This document shows, piece by piece, positions 49,951-62,682 of a stretch of 64,000 nt of DNA. Location of the stretch: positions 100,254,001 through 100,318,000 of the forward strand of contig JANJGN010000001.1 in NCBI GenBank assembly GCA_026770705.1, written 5' to 3'. The stretch is from Isurus oxyrinchus. Taxonomy: Eukaryota. Below the pieces are notes generated by a model. It had not been told where the DNA came from. It made no database searches and worked only from the letters and a program-made list of their open reading frames with translations. The stretch's first letter is position 1. Each line of letters opens with the position of its first letter. A program made the translations under genes and the position numbers.

Positions 49951-50446
49951 TTTATTAATGTGGCAGAATAGGAGATCGGCAGAATGACTGAAATGTAATT
50001 TCTTACAATCCAGGTCAGTCATTGGTCCCGAAAACTAAGTAAACAGCACCAACTGTGAACAAAGTGCTCACTCTGGACACCGGTGTTAAATAGAATATTT
50101 TAATCATAAAATATAAAGCTATTTTCATGAATAGCGTATTTAAATTCAATATCTATAACATGCCACAATTAAAATAATTACAATAAAATGAAAGATTTGT
50201 ACAAACTTGGCTAAGTCAAGACAATTTTCTAAAGAAACAAAATATCAAGGTTTGTCAAAAGTTAAGAAGTAATAACAAAATAATGAAAACAATTTCAAAA
50301 TACAGGAATATAAAAAAACACGTCTTTTATTAAAATGCACAAAACTAAAATATGAAATTGTCAAATCGCATATATTTAAAAAAGCTAAATTCTGCCCCTA
50401 AGCTTAAAAAAATGCAGTTCAATAAGTCCACAACATAAGAAAGTAT

Positions 50447-50592
50447 AAGAAAGTTCTGAAGAAGAGTAATATTCGACTCGAAACATTAAATCTGTTTCTC
50501 TCTCAACAGATGTTGCCAGACCTGGTATTTATTTCCAGCACTTTCTGTTTTTATTTCACATTTCCAGCATCTGCAGTATTTTGCTTTTATTA
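50447..50592 (+). mobile_element. PLE-derived short element with hammerhead-like motif
   Basis: agttCTGAAGAagagtaatattcgactcGAAAC; flanked by an ataagaaagtat duplication. Confidence 0.75.
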
Positions 50593-50832
50593 TATAAGAA
50601 AGTATGTGTTGTTTCATGAAAATAAATTAATTAAGTCACATTGTTCTTTTTTAAAGAGAGCTGATATTGCTTTTTACATTGTATGTTACTGGATTACAGC
50701 TTCCCAATGCCAGGTCCCTTGATCAGGCATTGAGAACAAGGAGCCTTTGAACTTGGACCCCACAAGCAACTCTACACAGGTTTGCTCATCATGTTCCTCA
50801 CATGGCAAACCCCCCCACCTACCACTGGATGC

Positions 50833-51108
50833 TTTTTTTATTTGTTCATGGGATGTGGGCATCACTGTGGGCAAGCATTTATTACACATCCCTAACCATC
50901 CTTATTCAGAGGGCAGTTAAGACCAAGTAAGGGCAGCAGATTCCCTTCCCTAAATGACATGGGCTTTTACAACAATTGGTCATCATCAGACTTTTAATTC
51001 AAATTTCACTATCTGCTATGGTGGGATTTGAACCCAGGTCCTCAGAGTATTACCCTGGGTCTCTGGAATACTAGTCCAATGACAATACCACTCTGCCACC
51101 ACCTCCCC
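50833..51108 (-). mobile_element. Complete tRNA-headed SINE (internally deleted derivative of family B LINE)
   Basis: Reverse complement has A box TGGCAGAGTGG and B box GGTTCAAATCC, then the family B 5'UTR piece and 3' tail. Confidence 0.8.
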
Positions 51109-51941
51109 AGGATTGGGATCAGTGGCGGTGGGATGTGGCCTGCAAGTTGGCATTAATCGCCTTAAGGGCCTCAATTGGCAGCAGGGCAGGAAGTCCACCA
51201 TGGACTAAATCAGGGTGGAGAAGGGCAGGTAGTGGTGTCCCCATCAGCCACACCCCTGCCTGATTAAATGCCCCCCACATCACCAAGCTCAACACTGGAG
51301 CAGGCATTAAATGCTGCCCCATGATGAAGGTAATGTCATAGAATGGGTTGGTAATTGGTTGGGAGGTCAAATACATACAATAGTGAAAAAAGCAATATTT
51401 TCTGACTGGCAGGATGTGACAAATGATGTTGCCCAATGATCTGAACTAGGACATTAGCTGTTCTCCTTGCATAATCAGTGACTTAGATGAAGAAATAGGG
51501 AGTTACATATACAAGTTTACAGATGGCACAAAGTTAGAAGACATTGTAAGTTGCGTAGATGGGAGTTGAAAGTTAGGAAGTGACATTGATAGATTAAATG
51601 AGTGGGCAAAGCTGACAGAATTCAATGTGGGAAAGTGAGATGTCGCCTACTCTGATTAAGACAAATCACACTATTTTCTTGGTGGCACATATATTTCCTC
51701 TTACCAAGCAGTGTCATAGTGAAGTTGCTTTGTACCCTTTCTAAAGCCTCAATATGTTTCCTATAATATGGAGCCCAATATTGCAATCATCTAGCTGAGT
51801 TCTTATAAAGGTTTTAGTTGCCTTCTGATCAAAATCACTGCGGTTTCCACAATAATTTAACAATTAACTAGTTAGTTACAAGTTTATAATTTCAATCCCA
51901 ACCTAGAATGTACCTTGGTATATTCTATTTTTCCTGACACA

Positions 51942-52640
51942 TGGGGCGGAATTTTACATTCAGCTTACGGGCACACGCCCAACATGTTGGAACGTAAAAT
52001 GACGCGCAATGCTGTTGGGCATGCGTCCCAATGTCATCGCAAACTCACACCATATTTCATTCGGCGGGCACGCACCGGAATCACTGTGCACCTGCTGATA
52101 ATTGACAGACCTATTAAGGCCATTAACTAGGTAATTAAGTTGAATTTTATTCTGCCCATCCAACCTGATGGTTAGCGGGTAGGCGAAAAGGCCAAGCGGC
52201 CTTTACGTTTTTTAGGAAACCTCATCCATGAGCGGGATGAGGTTTCCTAAAGCTAAACCTGATTAAATAAAATTTCTATTTTGAAGATAAAAACATGTCC
52301 CATCTCATGCGTTACAGTCACATGAGGGGACATGTTTCATTAAATTTTTAATGTCCATATATATTTTTTTAAAAAGCCCTTCAATCTCCCTGAGGCAGCC
52401 CGGTGCCTCAGGGAGATTTAAGCACTCTTTCGCGCACATGCATGAAAGAGCGCTGGACCCGACTCTCCCTCCTCCCCCCACCCGCACAGGTAACGCTCAG
52501 CATGACTGTTCACGATCCACGCAGGGCAGGCCTTACTTGGCCCGCCCACATGAAATCACAGTGCGGAGCCGATCGCGGGCGGTGGTCGGCTCCCTGACCA
52601 TTCCTGCCGAGCCCGCCTGAAGACTGGAAAATCCTGGCCA
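51942..52640. mobile_element. Non-autonomous DNA transposon (Harbinger-type MITE) with three internal hairpins
   Basis: Termini ggggcggaatttt and aaaatcctggcc resemble the 9334-9346 TIR; homologous to 54678-55350. Confidence 0.65.
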
Positions 52641-53050
52641 TGGTAATGATGCTGGGTGGCTCTGGAGCCACAGCAATTTCTGTGAAAGCAAGTTTCCTAT
52701 TAACAGATGCTAATAAACTCTTGACACTCAGGAGTGACATTTGTAGTCACCTAGAATACTGGTCAGCAGCTTTTCTTTCCTAGCCCTTTTGTTTGTTATC
52801 TGTCAGTGCCATTCCCAGATCATCAACGTACTTCTGCTAAATAGCACTGGTCCTTTGTGATTCACTTTGGCAACAAGAGATTCAGTGTGTACAGCTCAGA
52901 CATCAAAACCAAACTATTACTCATACTGGTGAGGCAATTAATATCTGACTGAGCTCACACGTGGGCTTCCAATACAGGAAATACTAGTTCCTCATTTTTA
53001 ATGGTAGTGCTTCAGTTTTAGAGATCTGGTAACCATGTCTATCTTTACAG

Positions 53051-53177
53051 CTGCCTCCGAAAGCCAGCTTCTAGTTTCATCGAAGTGTAAGCTTTTGGAG
53101 GTGACATCCAGAACGTTTTTTACGGAACTACCTAATGGTGCAACAGTGGAACGTATCGCACGAGATATAAAAATTAT
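53051..53177 (+). CDS. JCHAIN: Immunoglobulin J chain, exon 2
   Basis: Acceptor ctttacAG, donor GTAAGT. ASESQLLVSSKCKLLEVTSRTFFTELPNGATVERIARDIKI resembles human VLVDNKCKCARITSRII...IVERNIRII. Confidence 0.92.
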
Positions 53178-54342
53178 GTAAGTTGATGCATTGTTGATTT
53201 CTGATCATATTCACCATACAGTAAAATTAAATGAAACGGTATATTACTAGAAACTGATTAGAGACAGCTTGTCCTGTGAACACGAGAAAATAAATGGAAA
53301 GGCATATAACAGAGTGGAGACAATGATTTCATCAGTCAGACCAGATGCCAGGTGTAGCATAGTTCTCCTGTTGGGAGCATAGGAATTTGGACACACAAAC
53401 ACCCCACCATCATTGTCCTACAAAACAATTTCATTCCCATGATGGACATGGAGTCCAGAGATTGGAGGTCAAATTTACTCCTCCATTTCTACTTCTATAT
53501 ATAGAAATATCAGAATTCTAGAGAGTTCTATTACCAGGTTAAAATGTTCCATTGGTAGGAAAAGCAATGTACACAGTTTTGATGCTATTATTCTTGTAGG
53601 ATTTTTCCTACAGAAACTACAAGCTGTTGCTGCAATGAGCTAAAAATGGGAGTATCACAATATTGCTTACTGCAGGTGGATGAACATGTCTACTGGATGA
53701 ACTTATCCAGATTGCTGGGCATGGTGCTGCATAAGCAGTTGATGGGAGGCGTAGTGACTGTACGAAGTACCTGTCCATGGAAAACAAGCTGGTACCAGTT
53801 GATCACAAGATGGGGAAAGCCATTTATCTCATCTCAGTTTTATCCGCAGCAAAAGGCCCTATCCTACTGTGGCACAAAATTGTTCCTTAATTAATTCAAG
53901 AGTTCTTTCCCCAAATTGAATAGAATACTCTATTCAAAATACAATTTTATGATATTTGTTTTAATAAGTCATAGAATTACTCAGTCAATCGGATTCGATT
54001 GTGCAATGTATCATTCAGTTGGCATGAAGCTACCTTTTTAGTCACATCAGAAAGAAAAACTCAGATGGACTCAGGTTCAGTTTGAGTCATGCTACACATA
54101 TTGCCTCTTTATGAAACTTAAAGTTTCTCAAAAGGTGCAATAAAACTATTAATTATCCAGCTTGCCCTCAGTTTCAGTGCTATTCAGCTAAATTGTAAAG
54201 GATTTGAAATGATTGATTTTAATTAACAGCATTATAAAATTTCATCAGCAATGATAAATGTCCACACACAAAATTATCTAGGATCAGACAATGAGAGTCC
54301 CTGATAATCTTGGGATGACTGTGAATTTCTCTTTCATTACAG

Positions 54343-54423
54343 AGTTCCCATGAGAAGCAGAGAGAACATTTCGGATCCAACCTCCCCGATTCGGACCAAG
54401 TTTGTCTACAAGATTTCAGATTT
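54343..54423 (+). CDS. JCHAIN: Immunoglobulin J chain, exon 3 (conserved glycosylation block)
   Basis: Acceptor tttcattacAG, donor GTATGA, 81 nt, phase 2-2. VPMRSRENISDPTSPIRTKFVYKISDF resembles human VPLNNRENISDPTSPLRTRFVYHLSDL. Confidence 0.97.
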
Positions 54424-54677
54424 GTATGATTGCTATTTTTTATGACTTTTGCCATGTATAATTGCAGTGGAGTTCAGATCACCATTCCAATCCAGATGTT
54501 ACAATATATTTTGCACATGGTGTATAAAGCAGAAGCTCAATTATCCAGTATTAGTTATTTTACATAATTTTGCCTCTTTCAAAGGAATCAGATTATTCAG
54601 AAGCAACTGTTCGATTGCTTTTGAGGGGCATTTTAGTGGAAGAAGGGGAGATGAAATGGAAGCAATCAAAATTATAT

Positions 54678-55350
54678 GGCAGGGTCTTCTGGTCGGTGAG
54701 TGGGGGGTGGGGCCCGCTCGCCGACGCGTAAAATGATGTGGGATGACGTCGGACGGAATTCCCGACATCACCCCGCCTCATTTCCATTTTCAGGTCGGCG
54801 GGGGCACAGCTGAGTCAGCTGTGCACCCGCCAACCTGCCAACGGCTTATTGAGGCCATTGAGAAACAAATTAAAATCATTAACGGACCTGACCGTCCAAA
54901 CTTAAGATTGGCGGGCAGGCCGGGAGCCCTGGCAGGCTTCAGAAAAAGCACGAAACCTCACCCACAGGTGGAATGAGGTTTCATGAGGGTATTTAAATTT
55001 TTAATAAAGATTTCAATAAAAGGTATGAACATGTTCCAACTCATCTGACAGTGTCAAATGAGGGGGCATGTCAGGGAAAATTTTCTATCATTTGTATGAC
55101 AATTTTTAATTTGGAGCCAATCTCCCTGAGGCAGCACTTAGCCTCAGGGAGATTTGTGTGCTCTTTCATGCGCATGCGGGAATTCCAGCCCCCCCCCCCC
55201 CACCCGCACAGGGAGCGCATAGCGCTTCCTGGCAAACGTCACGCTGGGTGGGCCAATAAAAGCCCGCCAACATAAAATGGCGGTGCACCCTCAATCTGGG
55301 GCACCGACCAAAGGTGTGCCTGCCCACGCCCACTCCCGCACTTTCCCCCA
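54678..55350. mobile_element. Related Harbinger-type MITE (JCHAIN intron 3)
   Basis: Collinear with 51942-52640, with the same three palindromes. Confidence 0.6.
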
Positions 55351-57750
55351 TAAGGTATTTAAATAGAGCAAGTGGGGAGAAATACCTCTGCCTGGAAAGT
55401 GGATCAATAACCTGGAGCAGGCTCTGTCAACCATGCAGAAAGTAACTTTAACCTGAGAAATATTGAAGAATAACACACCATGGGAAAAGCATGGGCTCCA
55501 AGTTTTTTGATGCTGCACTCTAGACCTTGGTGGATGTGTTGAAAAGGTAGAAAGATGTCCTGTATCCAGGGGATGCCCTCCAGACACACACTCAGAAGAA
55601 AGTAGGAACAGATATAGGCATGGAGGTCAATGCCAGGAGTCACGCCCAAGGATCTGGATGCAGTGCCTCAAAAGGTTCAATTACCTCATATGAGTGATCA
55701 AGGTCAGTAAATGCATCTTCAAATGACATATCCTACCAACTGCACCACTAGTCAGAGGCATTGTTCAATTCATCACACCCCCAATACTAACCTGCCAATA
55801 ATCTTTATCATTGAAGTCTCACACCTGACATTCACAAGCTTCACATCACTCCCATGCACTCCTGCAAGCCTCACACACACACATCTCACAGCTTGCACAT
55901 GCTGCCAGCTATTCAACCATGACCGCCCCATCAACCAAACAACTTGCACCACGCTCACTGACACACTTATCACTCTCTACCAGGACAAGGTAGCACAGAA
56001 CTGGAGGCAACAGGAACTAACCGGATGGAAACTAATGCATCTGCAAGTTCTAACCCCCATGGAGGAGATAGTACAGGCTGGTTCATCGCTGAGGCCATGG
56101 ACAGTGGTGGAGTAAAAACTATTGCAGATGAAAGTATCCCCATAGTTAATCCGCCTTCTCAGATCCCACCAACTCCTTATTCTACAATTTTTTCTGTTTT
56201 ACAAGTTGCAGACAGCATAAGCATGTACTTCTTTCTTTCCCCCACATAACAACCTTCCCTTTCTGCCTTTCTCCTTTCAGATGCCGAAAAAGTGCACCCT
56301 AGCCAAGCAATAGAGGAACAGCAAGAAGACAATGACGATGAAGAAATATTGTCACTCAATTTCACACTCACAACCACCAGCTCAGATACTGTTGTGCATA
56401 ATTCAGAGGATAGGTGTATTGGAAGGATAATTAGAGGATAGCATTGTGCCAGGAGGAGATCCTGTGGTACAGTGCGTAGGTCCCTGCATCTGAGCCAGAA
56501 GCTCTGGGTTCAAGTCCCACTCCAGGACTTGATGGCCACAGAAGGTGTATTCATAATGTGGCCAAACAGGATGATTATCAACCTGCAAACTCTTCCAATA
56601 TGCTGGTGATAATGTTGGGAGGGTTTCCTGGTCAACCATGCTTGATGCAGACTGGTGCCCCTCAAGCTATAGCCTCTGGCAACAGACTGGCGACATGTGC
56701 CAGGAAAAACTAACTACAGAAACAGACATAAGCATGAGCTTCATCTGCTTCATGTGTCTCTGGGAGGGGAAGGGATTGAAGAAGAAGAAGCATACAGGCA
56801 GTATCTAGATGTAGTGAGACATCAGGGTTTTGCATAGGACTTGGAGGCCATCCTTTCCAGCATGGAAGTGGTGGCTCATTCCATTCATACACTTGTGGAG
56901 CCAATTGCAATGCACTACCAGATGGCCAATGTCTCAGCTTCCATTGCAGCATCTGAATGTTTCAGTGGAAGATTAGACTGCTGCTGTGCAGGGTTAACTT
57001 ACCATCATACAAGCTCAGACTGCTGCCTTCCTCCAGCCATGTTGTGGGTGTTGAGGTAGCATTGCATAGAAGCAAGAAGACAGACAATGGCACATGGATG
57101 ACAGGCACTAAGGGTTTGCACGTGGATGATTAGTTGACTTTTGAAAGCAATATGGCAAGATTTCACTTAAGAGTTTAGTTTGGAATGTTTAATTTTGTGG
57201 TAGTTTTAATTTTTGCATTGTGCTCAAGAGGTTGCTGTGACAGTCAGTGACAGAAAAGATGTGGGATTTAGCGAATGGGGGAATTAGGGTTGTGATTACT
57301 ATTATTGCACTTAGATGAGTTCTTCATTGACAGCCAGGCCAGAAAGAAATTGCTTATATTACCTCCTCCCTTCCTCTTCCTCATCCGCACACTCCTCTTT
57401 CTCGGCTGCTCAGCTGGTGGCAAGGTTGTCCTTTCATGATGGTGAGGTGGTGCAGCCTACAGCAGATCATCACAAATCCTAGCATTTACTTTTTTGAGTA
57501 CTTCAGCCTCTTTCAGAGCAGTCCAAGCAGCAGAAGCGCTGTTTTAGCATCCCAATGTTCTGCTCTGTCACACTTTCCTTGCATGCATGCTGCAGGTATG
57601 TGCTGTGGTTGCACACCAGAATGATCAGGCAGGTGGCCCTTGGATCGCCCTTGGCACCCAGTGGCCACCCTTTGGTTTGTCATGGTAACTCAAATGTAGC
57701 TGGTATGGGGGACTGCCACAGAAGGAAGGAATCATAAATCCCATCACGCT
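55350..57750. mobile_element. Old PIF/Harbinger remnant (Myb/SANT-like exons on +, transposase C-terminus on -), with a small insert at ~56455-56720
   Basis: FFDAAL.TLVD...W..C.KRFN.L at 55500-55700; DKVAQNWRQQELTG...LTPMEE; minus-strand FVMICCRLH at 57450-57480. Confidence 0.6.
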
Positions 57751-58880
57751 TCATCTCCAATCTCCAATGAGTGTGAGAATCGCATGGACTTCTATCACTA
57801 AGATTGAGACTATCCAATCAGGTGTCTCTGTCACATCCCTTTCTTCCGCTAGCCCTTTGGACTAAACTTCCTCTAACTGTTACCCCCTCTACCCAAGACC
57901 TGAATTCATATCTTTCTCGAGTTTCTGTCCAATCTCCACTCATACCCTCTCCAAGCTTATCTTCTCCATTAGACTCGCCTCCTGTTCCCTCAATCCTATT
58001 CTCACTAAACTACTAGCCATTAAACTTCATCTCTTGTTCCCCATATTAGCTGATATCATTAACTATTCTCTCTCTTCAGGTACTCTCTCCTTGATATTTG
58101 CCTTCAACACTGCTCTCCCCAAAAAAGCAACCCCTTTACTCTTATGCCATTCCAAACTACCACCATATCTCCAACCTCCCTTTCCACTCCAAAGTCCCTG
58201 AACATGTTGACATCTCCCAAATTTGTTCCCATCTTTCCTGGAACTCCATGTTGAACCCCCGCCACAGTAGCAAAACAGCTCTTAAATTCACAAATAATAT
58301 CCTATATGACTGTGATAAAGGTAAACATTCCCTCCTTGTCCTTCTCAACCTGTCTGCAGCCTTTGACATGGTTGCCCACATCACTCTCCTCAAATGTCTC
58401 TCCACTGTGGTACAACTGGGTGGAATTGCAATCACCTTGTTCCATCCTTATCTATCTGATCATAGCCAGAGAATCACTTGCAATGGCTTCTCTTACCATT
58501 CCTATGCCGGTACATCTGGTGTTGCTCAAAGGTCTATCCTTGGCCCCCTCTTGTTTATCTGCATACTGCCCCTCAGCAACATCATCAAAATCCTGTGTTA
58601 GCTTTCACTTATACACCAACAACGCTCAGCTCTACTCATCAGCAGCTCACTCAACTCCTCTACTATTCTTAAATTATCAGCTTACTTGTCCAGCATCCAG
58701 TTCTGAATGAGCAAATATTCCCTCGAGTTAAATATTGGGACAACTGAAGCCATTACATTTGGTCCCAACTACAAGCTCTTACATGGCTTGTGTCAAGTTT
58801 TACTTTAGAATGCTTGTGTGAATCACCTTGAGACATTTCATTATTTAAAGGCACTATATAAATACAAGTCATTATTATTG
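57750..58880 (+). mobile_element. L2 LINE remnant
   Basis: NYHHISNLPFHSKV...HSSKTAL...LVLLNLSAAFDMV...SGVAQRSILGPLLF; (tta)n tail. Confidence 0.85.
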
Positions 58881-59319
58881 ATGATAAGTTTCTATTCGCT
58901 TTAAGTAGCAGCCACATCCCTTTCTCTGTTATTCTTCCCTTCTCTTTCTTTTATTTTCTCTGATTGCTCTTAGTTATTTCTCTGTCATATCATTAGCTTT
59001 CCCAGCTGTGTCAATTTTCCCTCGGTGATCTCTTCCAATTGCTATGCAGCCTCAATCCCATTATGATCTATCTCTGCAAATCATTTATTAGCTGATGAAA
59101 CACAATGAAAGGTTTGGGAAAACACAGAATAATTTTGCCATTCAGAATTTGAGCAGATGTCAGAAGTGCTGTGAGTAGGATTTTCAGCCACACTTTTCCC
59201 AGTGTTGACTCATATCCCCTTCCCACTGAAGAGCTACACGTCTTGGGAAAATGTTGGTAGATTCCCTGAAGCCACTTTCCCACCAGCACTGTGATTGACA
59301 ATCTATTAGGAAGTTAACT

Positions 59320-62083
59320 TTTTTTAAATTCATTCAAGGGATGTGTGCATCGCTGGTCAGGCCAGTACTTATTGCCCATCTCTAATTGCCCATGAGAAGG
59401 TGGTGAGATGCCTCCTTGAACCGCTGCAATCCAAGTTGTGTAGATACACCCACAGTGCTGTTAGGGAGGGAGTTCCAGGATTTTGACTGGGCAATAATGA
59501 AGGAACAATGATATATTTCCAAGTCAGGATGGTGAGTGGCTTGGAGGGGATCTTCCAGATGGTGGTGTTCCCATGTCTCTTCTGCTCTTATCCTTCTTGG
59601 TGCTATAGGCTGCAGGTTTGGAAGGTGATGCCTAAGGAGCCTTGGTGAGTTCCTGCTGTCCATGTTGTAGATGGCACAAACTGCTACCACTGTGCCTCAC
59701 TGGTGGAGGGAGTGAATGTTTGTGGATGGGGTCCCAATCAAGTGGGTTGCTTTGTCCTGAATAGTGTCAAGCTTCTTGAGTGTTGTTGGAGTTGCATTCA
59801 CTCAGGCAAGTTGGGAGTATTCTATCACACCCCTGACTTGTGCCTTGTCATTGGTGGACAGGCTTTGGGGAGTGAGGAGGTGAGTTACTCACTGAAGGAT
59901 TCCTAGCCTCTGAACTGCTCTTGTAGCCATTGTATTTACATGGCTAATCCAGTTCAGTTTTTGGTCAATGGTAACCCCCAGGATGTTGATAATAGAGAGT
60001 GGGCTGATGGGGCAGTAGGCTGATGGGGCAGTAATTGACCAGGTTGCATTTGTCCTGCTTTTTGTACAGAACATACCTGAGCAATTTCCCACATAGCCGA
60101 ATCGATGCCAGTGTTGTAGCTGTACTGGAACAGCTTAGCTCAGGGTGCAGCAAGTTCTGGATTACAAATCTTCAGTACTGTTGCTGGAATATTGTCAGGG
60201 CCCATAGGCTTTGCAGTATCCAGTGTCTTCAGCTGTTTCTTGATATCACGTGGAATGAATCGAATTTGATGAATACTGGCATCTGTGATGCTGGGGGACT
60301 CCAGAAGAGGCTGAGATGGATTACCCACTTGGCACCCCTGGCTGAAGATTGTTGCCAATGCTTCAGCCTTATCTTTTGCACTGATGTGCTGGGTTCCTTC
60401 ATCTTTGAGGATGGGGATATTTGTGGAGCCTCCTTCTCTGGTGAGTTGTTTAATTGTCCACCACTATTCACAACTGGATGTGGCAGGACTGCAGAGCTTG
60501 GATCTGATCCAGTGGTTGTGGATCACTTAGCTCTGTCTATTACCTGCTGCATATGCTGTTTGGCACACAGGTCATCCTGTGTTATAGCTTTACCAGGTTG
60601 GCACCTCATGTTTAGGTATACCTGGTGCAGGTTAGTGAGGATGAGGTCAAGTATGTTTTTCCCTCTTTTTGATGCCCTCACCACCTGCCACAGACCCAGT
60701 AAAGCAGCTGTGTCCTTTAGGATTTGGTCAGCTCAATCTGTAGTGGTGTTACTGAGCCACTCTTGGTGATGGACATTGAAGTCCCCCACCCAGAGTACAT
60801 TCTGTGTCCTTGCCGCCCTCAGTGCTTCCTCTAAGTGATGTTCAACATGGAGGAGTGCTGATTCATCACCTGAAATGGGGGAGCTATATGGTAATCAGCA
60901 GGAGATTTCCTTGCTGATCTTCAACCTGACACCACGAGAATTCATGGGGTCCGGAGTCGATGTTGAAGACTCCCAGGGCAACTCCCTCCCAACTGTATAC
61001 AATGGTGCCACCACCTCTGCTGGGTCTGTCTTATTGGTGGGACAGGGCATACCCAGGAATGGTGATGGTGATGCCTGGGACATTATCTGTAAGGCATGTG
61101 AGAATGTGAGACAGAAACTGAACTGGGCTAGCCTCATAAATACTGTGGCTACAAGAGCAGGTCAGAGGCTAGAAATCCTGCAGCGAATAACTCATCTCCT
61201 GACACCCCAAAGCCTGTCCACCATCTACAAGACACAAGACAGGAGTGTGATGGAATACTCCCCACTTGCCTGGGTGAGTGCAGCTCCCACAACACTCAAG
61301 AAGCTTGACACCATCCAGGAAAAAACAGCCCGCTTGATTGGTACCCCTTCCACAAACATTCACGGTCTCCACCATCGACACACAGTCGCAGCAGTGTGTA
61401 CCATCCACAAGATGCACTGCAGAAACTCACCGAGGCTCCTTTGGCAGGCCCTTCCAAACCCACGACTGCTACCATCTAGAAGGACAAGAGCTGCAGATAC
61501 ATGGGAACACCACCACCTGCAAGTTCCCCTCCAAGCCACTCACCATCCTGACTTGGAAATATATCGCCGTTCATTCACTGTTGCTGGGTCAAAATCCTGG
61601 AACTCCTTCCCTAACAGCACTGCAGCGGTTCAAGAGGGCAGCTCACCACTACCTTCTTAAGGGTAATAAGGGGCTGACAATGAATAGCCTTCTGGTAAAT
61701 GAATGAAAAAACAAGCCCCAGTTGTTGGTAAGGAGGACTTAGCGGGACAACAGGACTGAGTTTGCCTATGTTGTTCCCAATGCCTAGGTCGATGCCAGTT
61801 GGTCTGCCAGTTTCATTGCTTTTAGGCTTTTTAGCAGTTTGATACAACTGAATGCTTTGCTAGGCCATTTAAGAGTGAACCACATTGCTGAGTCACATGG
61901 AGGCCAGCCGATTTCCTTCCCTAAAGCGTTTTAGATGTTTTTTTTATGACAATCAACAACGGTTTCGTGCTCATTCTAATTCAAATTTCACTATCAGCTG
62001 TTTCAAACCTGGGTCCCCCAGGGCATTACCCTGGGTCTGTGGATTACTAGTCCAGTGACAATACCACTACACCACTGCCTCCC
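59320..62083 (-). mobile_element. Family B LINE from 3' tail to tRNA-derived 5' head, internally deleted, with an opposite-strand family B fragment inserted at ~61110-61712
   Basis: Collinear with 41750-44830 and continues through the 5'UTR to a tRNA-like head ending at 62083. Confidence 0.85.
61110..61712 (+). mobile_element. Family B LINE 3' fragment, opposite orientation
   Basis: QKLNWASLIN...SVMEYSPLAW...LDTIQEKTARLI; tail gaatgaaaaaa. Confidence 0.85.
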
Positions 62084-62310
62084 AATAAACCTACCTCCTA
62101 GGTTTGACTATATCATAGATTGTCCTCTTGAATTCACTACAAATGGATGTTAGTTACATGCAAAAGAGTTTCTAGTCATTTTGAACATGCTAAATGAATT
62201 GGAAAATTAATTATAAAGATATTCACCTTATTCTCTGAACATCTAATGACTTTCAGAAAGCAGTGCTATGTATTCAATGACAATTATATCCTTGTTAATA
62301 TATCTTGTAG

Positions 62311-62551
62311 CTGCAAGAATTGCGCCCGAAAAACATCTCCACAAGAACCTCAGTGCAACCCCAAACCTCCACCCATAGATGAATGTTACGCCCATGACAA
62401 CAAGACATGCCTGGACTATCAAAGCCGCTTACGAGCTGCCATTCTGAAACCTGAACACCACCAACATAAAGACAATCTCTGGGTTCAGAAACCTACACAG
62501 GCACCTGTTGAAACTACAAGAGATTTGTCATCGATATCTGATGCTCCGTAG
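62311..62551 (+). CDS. JCHAIN: Immunoglobulin J chain, exon 4 (to stop)
   Basis: Acceptor tcttgtAG. CKNC...QC...DECYAHDNKTC resembles human CKKC...IC...ETCYTYDRNKC. Spliced CDS is 519 nt in frame (172 aa plus TAG). Confidence 0.92.
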
Positions 62552-62676
62552 ATTGTTCTAAAAATCATACAAACAATTGCTCCTGTTTCTTTACAGCTTT
62601 TTAGCTTTGCCATTTAGCCATTCTGGCCTTTTGCCTTCATTGAGAAGAGAATAAGATGCTTCATAGCTTGTTTCAT

Positions 62677-62682
62677 AATAAA
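62677..62682 (+). terminator. Candidate JCHAIN polyadenylation signal
   Basis: First AATAAA ~125 nt after the stop, followed by T/GT-rich sequence. Confidence 0.6.

Noticed and set aside
60035-61660. Long ORFs of 244 aa and 261 aa as novel genes
   Set aside because: They are antisense or chimeric readings of family B LINE fragments. The same applies to 41971-42603.
62000-62083. Functional tRNA gene (also 39900-39982 and 51020-51108)
   Set aside because: No proper acceptor stem, an oversized variable region, and joined to retroposon bodies. These are SINE/LINE heads.
62246-62310. 101-aa single-exon ORF starting at 62246
   Set aside because: The first 65 nt are intron ending in a pyrimidine-rich AG; the rest is JCHAIN exon 4.
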